Shown here: positions 1-12,600 of the stretch, piece after piece
How the letters are laid out: each line of letters begins with the position of its first letter
Position numbering within the stretch: the first letter of the stretch is position 1
Origin: Phoronis australis
Taxonomy: Eukaryota; Animalia; Phoronida
NCBI GenBank assembly: GCA_002633005.1
Contig: NMRA01000412.1
Location: 76,614 to 140,613 of the forward strand
Direction: 5' to 3'
DNA length: 64,000 bases
Program-made: the position numbers and the translations under genes
The notes under the pieces: generated by a model
Told to the model about the DNA's origin: nothing
Databases searched by the model: none
The model's input: the letters and a program-made list of their open reading frames with translations, nothing else

Positions 1-19
1 ACTAAGTCCTCACCACTCG

Positions 20-497
20 CACACAGACTTACCCTAGAACAACTTGCACTTGTGCAACTTGCCCCACTCTAAGCAGAGTGTCCACACACGTATATCCAAT
101 AACTAGTGCAGTGAAGAGCTGATGCAAATATGGCATGAAAAAGAAGGCACTGCGGCCACAAAGTGATTAGAAGTGGCACAAGTTACCCTAGAATAAGTTG
201 CCCTTGAACAAGTTACCCTACCTCCATAAGGTGGAGTAGGTTGTCATAAGTGGGGTAAGTTTCACTAATTTAAGTAGTGTCCAGACTGACCCCAAACCTA
301 GCGACAACTGGAGTAGCTTGTTCTAGGGTGAGTCTGTGCCACTGTGTGGATGGCACTGTAGACCCTGAGTGCTAGGGTAAGTCTGTGTGTGAGGTCGCCA
401 CTATAGACCCTGAGTTTTAGGGTAAATCAGTGTGCGGACAACAAAAGAACCTGAGCTCTAGGGTAAGTCTGTGTATGGATGACACTATAGACCCTAA
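20..497. repeat. Intronic inverted plus tandem repeat cluster (MITE-like remnant)
   Basis: CACACAGACTTACCCTAG (20-37) is the reverse complement of CTAGGGTAAGTCTGTGTG (372-389). About 40-50-bp tandem units with TAGGGT...CACTRTAGACCCT at ~323, 372, 418 and 458. Confidence 0.65.
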
Positions 498-520
498 ATT
501 CTCATTATTTCCTTTTCCAG

Positions 521-606
521 ACACCATTAGCATCGAGCAGTCAATCGCCAAGACTTTCCAGCTTCAGCAATACAAAGATGTGTATGTTAACATTGTGGAT
601 CAAAAG
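521..606 (+). CDS. DEPDC5: DEPDC5 exon (first in window)
   Basis: ttccag|...|gttt; [28 protein letters not shown]. Confidence 0.92.
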
Positions 607-3600
607 GTTTGAATAAGTCGACATTACTGCTGTTCAACATCAGATGCATTGCATCTAGTACATTATTCTGCAGTGTGCTTGGTTTCAATGGGATACAGTA
701 TTCTGCAGTAGTCTTGGCACATTATCAGTACATGCCAAAATTAATAAATTGACCCTAAATTCCATGTCTTGAGCTTTGAGTAAAAGCAGAATCAGGTAGC
801 AGTTTGTTGTGATTGATTTATGGGATGTTAACAAAAAAGGTGAAAACGGTGCAAGTGGAATTAGTCGTCTTGCAAGAAAACTGTGGTTCATTTCATGGAA
901 GTAAGAGACTAAAGACAGAAAATTGTTAAGTTTAATATCCAAATAATCATCAGTGCATCACATTCTAGCGGGTATATTCTCAGAAACTTTGCACTATTGC
1001 TCAGGTGGTATTTAATTATTTTTTAGGAATAGTTGTGTAGAGCGAAAGACTAAATTTCTGACTGAAGTCTTGTATAACTTTTCATCAAACAGGCCTCTGT
1101 TCTGTTTGCCAGGATTTTATGCATTTAGGCCCATGTGCCTTTTTATGATACTTCGCCTATATCCAGATTTCGAAGCTTGCCAGGATCAAATTTCTAATGC
1201 AATGTAAAAACTATTTAGTTGAAGTATTCCAAGAATGCAAGAGACACACAAAAACCCAGTTTAAAACATGGATTGTGCGTATAAACAAGTGATGTCCACC
1301 CCCTGTGCTTATACTTGAAACTTACTAATAGGCACTTTATTCCGAATTTATGACATGAGCCTAAATAAGCACATATTTGGTTTAATGCGAGAAACTCATA
1401 ATAATTTGTTGATTATAGGTTGACACCTCTGCTTGGCTGCTTTATTTTTGTGGCCACTTTGTGGCGTTTTGAGTCACAAGTTGCAGTATATGATTCACTT
1501 TCCTACTCATGTCGTCTTCAACTGAATGACTGGAGATACCCATGCTGTCGTTTAGGGAATTTTGAAATGCATCACACCACTCAACGTTTGCTGAGAATGA
1601 ACACACACAACCTTTCATAACAATCCAAGTCCTTACTCACTCCAGCTTTGTAGTAGCTATAGTGCCCATTTTCTAAAATGCCCTTGCCCTTAAGGAACGT
1701 TTAACCAACAGTGTTCAACCTTTTTAAAAAACCTCATCTTTTTTGCGAAACTGTTGCCTTTTCGCCTTTTAATATAGATATCGTTGTTTTAATTATATGA
1801 TTATTTAAAGCTTTTCACACCAGCTCTGCAATGAATATATTTCGATCCCAGTTTTGAGTGTGCTCCTATCTCATTAATGGGGCAGTTGTAAAATGCATTG
1901 CTACATGCACTCAACATGGTCATGACAATAATGATATTGACAATCTCGCTTTTTTCAGGAAGTTGCCCTTGACCTTGTGGAGTTGACCTTCAAAGAGCAA
2001 TATTTGGGTCGTTCGGCCATGTGGCGGCTGACAAAGAATATGGTGAACACGTGCGTGTACCTGACCAAGAAAGTTGAGTTTGCTGGAATCAGGTGTGTGT
2101 TTTAGTTGTCCATAACTGGATGAATATTGCAGAAGCTACATTGCTGGCCAATTAAAGTACTGACTGAGATAAAATGACCCGGAATTTCCTGTCGTGAAGA
2201 CTGGCTGAAAGCTGAATTCATCATTGGAGTAGTTTTTTTTCATGACCAAGAATGAAGGGGAACTTACAGTAAAGTTAGTAAGGTGGCTAAGCCATTCTGT
2301 AATTAGAATTTTGTTGCCTTATAAATGTAACCAGTCATTTTATGCTATTAACATTTATAGCGATCATGATGGGGAAACAGTATTCTGTCTGTTTACTTTT
2401 GTCTTGTACTGTACTTGTCCTATTGATTACTTTTGTCTTGTACTGTACTTGATAACACGCATGGTTTTCAAAAACAGCTCACAGGATCTGTTATTCAGGA
2501 AAATTGGTAACATTTCAAACTAAAAAAGATTTGGCTAGTTTTCAAACTATTTAGTTTGTGCCATTTTTGCTTCCAGTTTAACTCTCAGTTTTCCCCATAG
2601 TTTTGGTGAAGCTAGATGAATTTCAATGAAATTTGTTAACTTTTTTGAAAACTACTTTAAGTGCTAAGATATTGGGATAACAACTGACTTTTAATGCCTG
2701 TGCAAGCCGTGTGATTTTCAAATGACTTTTGTCTAAAGTCTCCTTTCTTCACTGTTTGGAGAAGTGCTCTCTATCAGTTTCAAATTGTGACAAAAGAACT
2801 GATTCTGTTACCATGTAAATGCACCTGAATAAGAAGTTCATTGTAACCACCAGCAACGAAGAATATTTATTTATTGATTATGAACATACATAAAGATCAT
2901 CATTTTCTAAGTTCGTGACAACTGGTAGGGCACGTCTCCAGTTTCATAAAGCAAAGAAGTGAAGGCAGAAACCAATTGAAACCGGTCTGTTGAAAATCTG
3001 GATAGGTGTTAAATGTGGTTAAAAAGTTTCAAGTAATCTTTTTCCTGAAGGGTTGGGGATAATTTTACATTTAATTGTCAGTGTAGTGCAACAGATTCGT
3101 TAGACTTTGACTCCTGAGGATGTTAGATTTATGTGCAATCCACGCGATTATGAATTTCAAATCAAACTTGTTTCAGAGCACAAGTAAGCGAGATGTGGGC
3201 AAAAGGTGAAAAGATGGCATGTGGTGTTGTCCTGAAGAGCACCAGGGTGAGTCCAAGTTGAACTGGGTCAGTCTGTAATCTGTGTCACTTGAAATGGAGT
3301 GTAACATTCATTCTTCAATCCATATCATTCTGTTAGTGATGTGTTTTCTATAGCTTCAAGTGATTCAACTGCAGAATATTGTTGGCTTGAGTGTCGCGAT
3401 AAATTGTGCTAGTATTGCAATTTTGCCATGGTCAGGATGCAATAATTACTTACAACATTGAAGACCTGTGTAATTGGCATAAGTGAATTGTTCAAATTGC
3501 CTATTTCCTCCATAGCACCGAAGCATTGAAATTCAGTGAGATAGCAATTGTATAGCTTTTGTTGACAGATATTTTTGCCACCTTTCGTTCAAATAGGAAC

Positions 3601-6600
3601 TGGATGAAGATTTAAGGCTTTTTTATTTTAGGCATAATGATTGTAATTTACAGACATAAGAAGTACTAATTGTATTCTTCAGGTTGTGTTCCGTTCACCG
3701 ACAGCTGTGGCCAACATCTTCATTCAGATGAGCCGAGAAATGTGGGAGTTTGATCACTATGGCGACCTCTACTATGAGAAAGCTGTTGGTGGGTTCTTGA
3801 CAGATCTGTTCAGAAAGTGGAAGGTGAGAGTTAACCAGGACTTGTTGTGGAAGCAGTGTTGAATGTGTGCTGTATAAGCATATACCAGAAAAGCTTTTCG
3901 AAAATATGCCCTGAGTGCAATCTTAAATCCTTCCATAGTTCCACAGGAAATGCACTCCAAAACCATTTACTGAACTCAGATTTCACTCGCAGACTCATTG
4001 CCAATGGGAGAAAGTGATGTATTGATAAAGTTTGGATTTGATTTTTTTTTCTGAAAATGCAGCCTGCTAAATACACTGCATGGGGTTGTATAAGGAAAGT
4101 TAAATTATGCTCAATAATCAATACCAACACATTTCTGGAATCCCTTTCTTCTGGGTTTGCTTAGTGCTACGCGATAGTTTGTAATATTATGCACAGTGTC
4201 TTATACTGAGTCTGCGTAGTAATACGAAAAAATAATGCCTGAACACAGGCTGGGGTGCTTTAAATTTGAAGTTTTGTTCAGAAATATGCAACAGTGTGAC
4301 ATTTTAGTTCAAGTTCATTTTAAAGAGAGGACCTCAATATTTCTCCCTTATGTGGCAATTGAAAAAATCCCGTTTAATATATGAAATAATGCGTTTAGTT
4401 TTCAGTCACAAAGTTGTTTACTGGAGTGGTAATCCACACAATTTTTTTCATATTTTTATTTTTTTCCAGCATGATAATTACATGTCACATAAAACAATAC
4501 AGTATACATCGTTTACAAAGAATAACATTAAATCGTTAGTCAACAAGTACCGTATTTCCTTCAGGATGTAATTTAATAAAGTTGATGAAAATCCACACAA
4601 ATAACTGTCTACAAAACTTTTGTTTGGTGATATGTGCTAGAAAGCTGCATGCTTGTGTTTCTTGTTTAAGTAATTCAAAATTATCTGGAATTTGACTCAA
4701 TTTCTTGTCCACAATTAAATTTTTTTGCAGTGTGTAATGCAGTTTTGGAGTCCGTGACACAAGCTTCAGTCTTGTGTTGGTTTGCCACCTTGTTACATAA
4801 TAATTAGAGGTCTGCGACATGTGCTCTTGTTTTGGTTCTCTCTACACGGTACATGTAATGAGTGATTCACAATACCTGAGATACCAGGTATCTTAAATGC
4901 ATTCACAACATGCTCTTGATCTTCATACATTTGAAAATTTAATAGCTAAATTCAGTTAATAATTCGACGTGATGGAAATACCGCAAAGTCACTGTACATT
5001 GAAAACTTGGAGTATCAGATCTAAATTGTTCGTAGTCTCTTAATCATTGATTTAAGGTACACTTTATTAGACGTTCGTGTTGTTCACAGGAAGGTAACTG
5101 TTGCCATGACGTCACAATCACTCTATTCTCAAGAACATTTTATGAAGCTTCTTCAATAGGTAGGTGAAAAGAACAGTATACAGTCATCTCGTTTAACACT
5201 GTTGTATTGTTTTCTTTACGTGATAATTCAGCAATTAAGTAAAACATCTGATGTATTAATGTTGCCGGAACCGATTTTGGCAAATGATATTGTTAAAATT
5301 TAATTCATACCATATTTTTCATATTTTATAGGTCAGCATTGGTCATGATCTTTAATCCAGATCCAAAAATCCCCAAAAGCCGCTTGTCCTTGCATTCTGC
5401 AATAATAATGGAGAAAAAAATAATCAGGGTCCCTGGCAAAGTTGCTCCACATTTGGTGTAAGAGAAAGCAGGAACATGCAGCTTTGTGGATTTTTTGTAT
5501 CCAGGTCAGAGATCATGATTCATGTCGATGCATAACATACAAAAAATTCTGTATGATAATAAGATGAATGGTATCAGTCATCTAGTTGAGTAGATAACAT
5601 ACTATTAGTGAAAAATAAACCAAATACTGATCACATGACGAGTCACATGATACGGAAGTCCTCGAGATGACGTAACGTACACTGTAGTCAACTCAAATCC
5701 ACAATGTTCAAAAAACTCTTTAAGTTGAATTTCAGCTGCTTTGTTTACGAAAATTGATGCCAGCAATGTTTTATTTGAACCTTCCTTTGGTTTATTTTTT
5801 ATTAAAACCTCATACAGTCTTTCAAGATTTCTTTAGTGCTGTGGAGCATGCTGTTTGTTTTTCTGAGCAGTACTTAAAAAAAAAACGGTCATACTGAGGA
5901 ATAACGGGAGTTTGATGTTATACTTATTGTCAACTGTATAGAATTTGAAAGACTTTTATTGAAAATGCACCTGAATTCGGCATTTGGGTTGTTGATTGTG
6001 AAATGGGTCTTACTTGAACTTTCACAGACGAGTTTCCTGTGGCGATGCGTGACTGTATTCAACAGGACTTTAAAGGCAGGTTTTATGAAGACTTCTACAG
6101 GTTTGTCTTGCTGTTGTGCCAACACTAACAAACTATACAATGAGGGCAATATACAGGGGTCTCACAGTTTGAGATCCAGTTAGATGCCTGTTATTCAGGT
6201 GATAAAACTGGTTCTCAAAATATGAGATCCTGAGTGTGTAAGCCACTATTACCCAATGAAGAACTCGGACTTTACTAGGTGATGGCTGTGAGACAATAGT
6301 CCTTGCCTATGGAAATGCACGTGTTCACTTGATACTCGTATCCCACGAATGACCCATGTGGCCCGTGGAGAGGGCAAAAAATAGTTAATAGAAAAATCAA
6401 AACTATCGTAAAAATCAATCCTGTTTGGAAAATCAATTTGTAAAAATCAAACCTAATTATAAAAATCAATCATGTTTGGAAAATCAAAGCGAACTCGTAG
6501 AAATCAAACCTGTTTGGAAAATCAAACCTGTCAGTGGAAACAGGAACTAGCTAAGTGCGTGGAAAGGGAAAATTAGAATTAGGTTTGATTTTTCAGTTAA

Positions 6601-9600
6601 CTAGTATGTTTTTCCCTTTCCTCGGCCCATACTTTGTTATAAGTATTCAGGCGATAAAAAGGCCCTTTGTTCATTAGCGCCACCTAGTGAATATTGAGTT
6701 ACTCAGTATGATATAACAAGAAGCTGCTATGAGCACGTTTGGTACTAAAAGAGACTTCACTTTGAATTCAATTCTGCCCGATTATTGCTAGGGCATATTG
6801 AACTATTGGAGAAAATTCACGGCTTCTGTTTTATTCGCAATGATTTGACATCGCAAGTGCCTTCACTATTGGTAGCATTTTATGTTATGTGACATGCACC
6901 AGGTTCCACAATTATAAACAAGTTGAAACCAATTTTGTAATTATGATGGATGGTCTTAAATCAGGCTGTGTTTCTTTGATGGAAGGCAGGTTCGTGGCAT
7001 CTTTTAGTTTGTAACCTATTCATCTGCAGCAGTTATTGAATTTTTTGTGAGTTTCTTCCCATCAGTGGGAGAGCTTGTTCTATTTTCCTGATGTAAACAA
7101 TCGTGAATAGTTATCAAATCGTCTGCAGGATTGCAGAAGTAGTCCAAGAATGCACTCAATTTTGTTACTGTTAGCACTATGTGCATTACGTGTCCAAGCC
7201 CTTTTGTGGTTTTTTAATTTTTAAGTTTTTTAACTCTGACACAGTTATTGAAATCCACTCAGTCCAAGACTTATCACATATCTTTAAAGTCTGTTCCAAA
7301 CAATGTTTCTTTAAGTTAATAATCAGATTCAATATTCATTAATTTGCATGGCAATTATGTGACTGAGTGTGCTGTTTTCAGAGTCTGTCTTTATTTTATT
7401 GTGTTTTCACTATCTAAGTATTTGATTACGTGTACTTAGTTTGCTTTTCTACGTACTTATCAACTCATTAACACGTCTTAATTATGAGTTTCCTTAGATG
7501 CCTTAGACATGGCGGAATATAAACAGCAGCATGTTTAAACTACAATAATAAAAACTGTAAATTGGTCTGAACAACGGAGTCAAATCTGGGTCATTAAATT
7601 CTAAAAAAATCCCTGTCTTAATGTGAAACTTAATTCCACCTAATTGGTCGAAACCGAGATTACTATGGCTAGGAAATGTTTAAGTCTAGTTGGATAGATT
7701 TTTTACACATTTTTGATGTCACATTTAAACATGATGTGAGGAATTCGCGTCTTTCTGAAATAAAATCACTTAGTGTCTGTGTGTTTAGTTAATTTGTTTT
7801 TCAGTTTTTTCATCAGATCGCATACAATCAATGGATAGAAAATATGTGTGAAAATGTTTCAGTTCGCACGATGATGATGTGAGTCCATTGTTTTCAAAAA
7901 ACAAGTTTATTATTTCATTGCCATGGTAATAACATTGCATTTTCTCCACTTGTTCTCAATGCAAGGAGGTAAATACTAATTTGCTTTCGCATGCTATATA
8001 GCTCATAATTCCTCAATAGCTGTTTTTGTCAAACACATGTTGGGTTTTTGTGTGCATTTTGTTCATTTCAAGCTTTGCCTGAATCTTTGTCATTTGTTCT
8101 AGAGCCAGGGACTAATCTCTTGTACTTGGAATCGAACTTGAAATCATTTTTGAGATTTTCCATTTTGTGTAAATTAAAAATAAATGCCTATTGCACTGTG
8201 CTTGGAATGCATTAATTATAATAGGTGGATGACTGGCTAATCCTAGTTTTTAATTGAGCCTGAACTCCAAACTTAGTGTTTTTACTCGAAATCTCTAGTT
8301 TTTACTAGAGTTTGTTGCTCTAATCTAGGGACTGTCAAGTGCAAACTTGGACTAGAAACACGTTTGCATAAACCATAACATACTCAACCACAGAATAATA
8401 AGCACATGTCTTGAGTAGAGTAGAAAATGCCAAAAATAATTTCGAGTTCAATTTTGAGTAAAAGGATGAGACCCCTTGTGTGTCAACTTGCCGCAGTTAA
8501 CTTTCTGTTTTCAAAACCATTTAAGGCTAGCTTTTAGTTATTCACAACGAGCATTTGCAGGCTTAAAGACTATTAGTTGTTAGCTATCGCTATCCTTCTT
8601 ATGAGGGCCTTGGTCACAAGCTATTTGATGTGGTTTTCAGTTATACCAACTAAGCGATATTTTGATTCATGCAGTGGATTGTGATGTGAAATTATCATTT
8701 AGTTGGTCAAGGCCCTGAGGAGAAAGTTGGATTCATGATAACTAACGATGTGTCTGTCATTGGTGAATTTTTTCTACCCGCAATTAGTGCAAAATTTCCT
8801 ATTGTTTTACCCATTAGTTTACAGTTCTGTAGTAATTATGCTATATTTTGGTTTGATTTCCCTTTATACACTTAATGAGAATTGTATTGCATTCAAAATT
8901 ATGGTGTTAAAACATTAAATATGAATACTGCAATGTGTTAAATTTGTTTAGTCTTGAAACAATTTTATAAGTTTTGTTCACTAAATATTGTTTATTTATT
9001 GGAAGTTGGCAAATTGTGGAAACTAAATGTTGATAAAATCGTTGACATACATTTAAAGCTAAATAATTGACACATTGATTTGTCACAAGTTAGTGCTAAG
9101 CAAATGGATAATCAAGGCGAGAATTGTAATTTCATAGAAATTAGCAGTAGCCCAAAATCAAACTCATTTGCTCCGCAATAACGGCTGAACACTCTGCTGA
9201 TGAGACAAATCCCACTTGTTAAACAGCAGAGTATTTTAAGTATTAAAATCATTGGTGAATTCATCAGCCTTGATGTCAGTGAATATCTGTCTTACAATGA
9301 CAAGAATTGAGGATTTGTAAAAAAATCACAAAAACAAAGGATTTTGTTGTAGTAATAACTTCAAGAAGTCTATCCCATCCAACAATCGCAAAATTGCACT
9401 TTTGGCCGCATAAACAATAAATCCATTTAACGAAGTTTAAACTTTTTTGTACAACCAGTCAGTGATGCTGTGTTTGGACACCAAAGCATGATACGTAACA
9501 ATATCGTATAGTTTGTTATGAAAGAGCATAGCATTTTCTGCATTCAGTTTGTCTCATCAGAAAATTACCTTTTGTCCTAGAGTGTACATCTGAATGGAAT

Positions 9601-12600
9601 CGCTCTGACTGTGTATTTAGGCTCAGAGTTTTGCATAATTTGTGACACTGTATAATTCTATCTCGCTGGAAATTGGGAATAGTCACTTACAGAGGTCCAG
9701 AATTTTAGAACCAGTTTGATGCCCCTTATTCAGTGGAGAAAACTGGTTCTTGAAATGCAGGACTCCTAACTATAAATTTCCCCTGAGTTGTTAGTTATTT
9801 GTGATTGTTTTGATACTTTTTTCTGCCAGGGTTGTTGTCCAAAATGAACGCTATGAGGAATGGACTTCAACTATTGTCAAACTCAAACAGCTCTTTGTCG
9901 AGTACCCTAAACGTGTGCTGCATTATCACGAGAAGAATCACGCAGAGACGGGCTTACCCAAGGCCGTGAACTCTAACGCTGCTGATGGCAACTTCCTTGA
10001 AGTGCTCAACATGTCCTTGAATGGTAAATAAATGCATTCGATGTTGTAGAACTATGATATGAGTCAATGCAGGATGGCCCAGGACTCTCACTTTCTGTTG
10101 CCCATTGAGACTTTACAATCCCAATGTCGTACTATTCAAAAGTTCTGTGAATCCATGTGGCAATGTGACTGACTCTTGTCTGTCTGATTCTGGTCACATT
10201 TGATTTAGGTCTGTCTGTATGTAAAAGGTGCATTTGTTACAGTCTGATGGATTCCATTCTGCCACAGCTGTTTTTTACAAATGCATTACACTGAGTGTTG
10301 TAGCATTTGGTTATAGTTTGTTTGTTTATCCACCCCTTTATTCATTATTTTTGTTTAAAATTTGTGTCAGCTTGTTTCTTTTTGAAACTTAAGCTTCTTT
10401 GCGACATGTTAGAGGGTTGTTAAAATATTGTCCGGCTTGATGTTTATAAAACACAACTTCAATAATTACCACTGTCACAGCTCAAACGTAGACTTACAAA
10501 GTCTTCGGAATGTGTTTAAATTTTAGTGTTTGAGAAAAGTTACTTGGATCGTAACTTCGACCGCACTGGAAAGATGGCGATGGTGATATCTCCGGGGACG
10601 GGAGTGTTTGAGGTGGACAGAGACTTGACAAATATCACGAAACACAGGACAATTGGCAGTGGTAAGGGGTTCATTGCTGGGTCGCCATTGGTAGGGAGTG
10701 CATGACTGAGCAGCCAATAGTAGAGGGTGCATGGCCATGGAGTTATTGGGAGCCTCCTTCAAGTGAGAGTAAATCAAGTTACTAACGGCGAATGTACAGT
10801 GAAAGCTATCTGTGAATCTGGTTCTTTCCACAGTGTAATCATATGGACTTGGTAATGCACTTGTTGGATCCTTATCAATGCTCAATGTTGCTCTTGGGTA
10901 ACGGTTCTGAACATCGTCTGGAGAACCCAGCATATAGTTTCTGAAATTTTCTCTTGAAAGGGATAAATCCAATCGGTCAGTTCTGAGGTATGGTTTTCCT
11001 AAGTAAACCAAATGATGAAAATTTCCTATGGAAGCACTGCACAACCCAACAATAATGCTAATTTAGGAATTTAGTTTTTTTTGAAAACAAGAAAAGAAGA
11101 TAATTATTATTGAATTTTAAACAGAAGCTGCTGTGAAGATTCGTGAATTGTATTTAACATATTTTTCTGTTTTACTGCTAGGTGTGGGTGCTGATTTAGT
11201 GTGTATGGGTGAACAGCCACTCCATGCTGTTCCTCTCTTTAAGGTACGTCTGCTTTGGCCGACACCTGTAAGTTATCTTAGAATTTTAAGGGATTTGCCC
11301 TGTGTATTTTTTTTGACAATTGTGGTAAGTACACTCTCATATAACTTTTTCCTCATGCTGTCAGGAATTTTCTAAAAGTGTGAAGTTCTTTTTTTATTAA
11401 GAGTGCAAGAAAGTTACCACTGTTTGACGATTTGTGTTTTTTAAAATAGAAATACAAATGCAAGAGTTTTACATTTAATTGTTTGCTTAAAAATTATCTG
11501 ATTTCCAGCATACTTGTATTGTTTACATTCAGTTGACAGATGCTCATTTAGGTGATATTTAATTATGACTTCTAGTTTGTTGGTAGAATTTTGTGACAAA
11601 AAGCATTCAGATAAAATATGAAGGGTTCTAAGGATAGAGCTGGTTTGTGGGTTAAACATGCAAACAAGGCTGAGGGTGGCTTTTTTGAAAAATAGTGAAA
11701 AATAATGACATATGACACCACTGAAGAATTGAGCAGAGTATATACTGTGATTTGCTAAATGCATGTCTTGCAAGAGATAATGTGGGAGAGTGCCTCATGT
11801 GGTGTCCATGTCCTGTTTATGATTTTGGAGAACCTCTGCAACGTCGTGCAATTTCAGATGAAACTGGGGCACAAATTGACACCCAGATGCTCAATTGCAA
11901 AATTCCCCACAGTTGTCACTTCTCATTTCCTTCTGTATTGTAGTTTTTAAGTCGCGGCAGTTGTTCATCCGAGTTCAATGTCAGCGATGACTACAGTATC
12001 CCTCACTGGATTAATCTGAGGTGAGAAAGGCGCATCATAGTTTCCTTACTTTCTTTTTTTATGAATTACTTTGTCTTCTAGTACTTACTTTCTAGAATTT
12101 CTTTTTTTTTTAATTGCACTTCTAGTGCCATCAGGTTTTAGCTGTTTGGAGGCATTTTACCAAGTGCTTTGTGTAAATAGTTTTACTTTCTTTAAAAAGA
12201 CAAGTGTGTTGAATTTGTCAAAAGAACTTGGACAATGCAATTCTGTAGGAAGGCCAATTAAGACATTTTTATTGGTAGGCTCTTTCAAGGCACTGTTGGC
12301 TTTGTAAACTGGCTAAAACTTGTCAAATGATAGGTATTAAAAATCTTTTGGACCAGTGAAAGATTGCGTAAAGTCCCTGCAAGAGGGATATCAATTCATT
12401 GAACTGTTAGGCTTTCATTCTGTAACCTTATATTGAGTCAGTATCGCGTTTTTATTTGAAATCTTGTGCTTTCTTGTGGAGCGTCTTATAAATCCAACAC
12501 CATCACTCCTCATTTTGTGCTTCATTTCTTGTCCAACATGAGGCAACAACTACACTAACATTTAGGGTTTTGTTACCACAATACCTAAGTGATCTTACAC

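Noticed and set aside
10523-11044. 173-aa minus-strand ORF, the longest in the track
   Set aside because: Antisense to a DEPDC5 exon and intron, non-ATG start, no recognisable motif; a chance ORF
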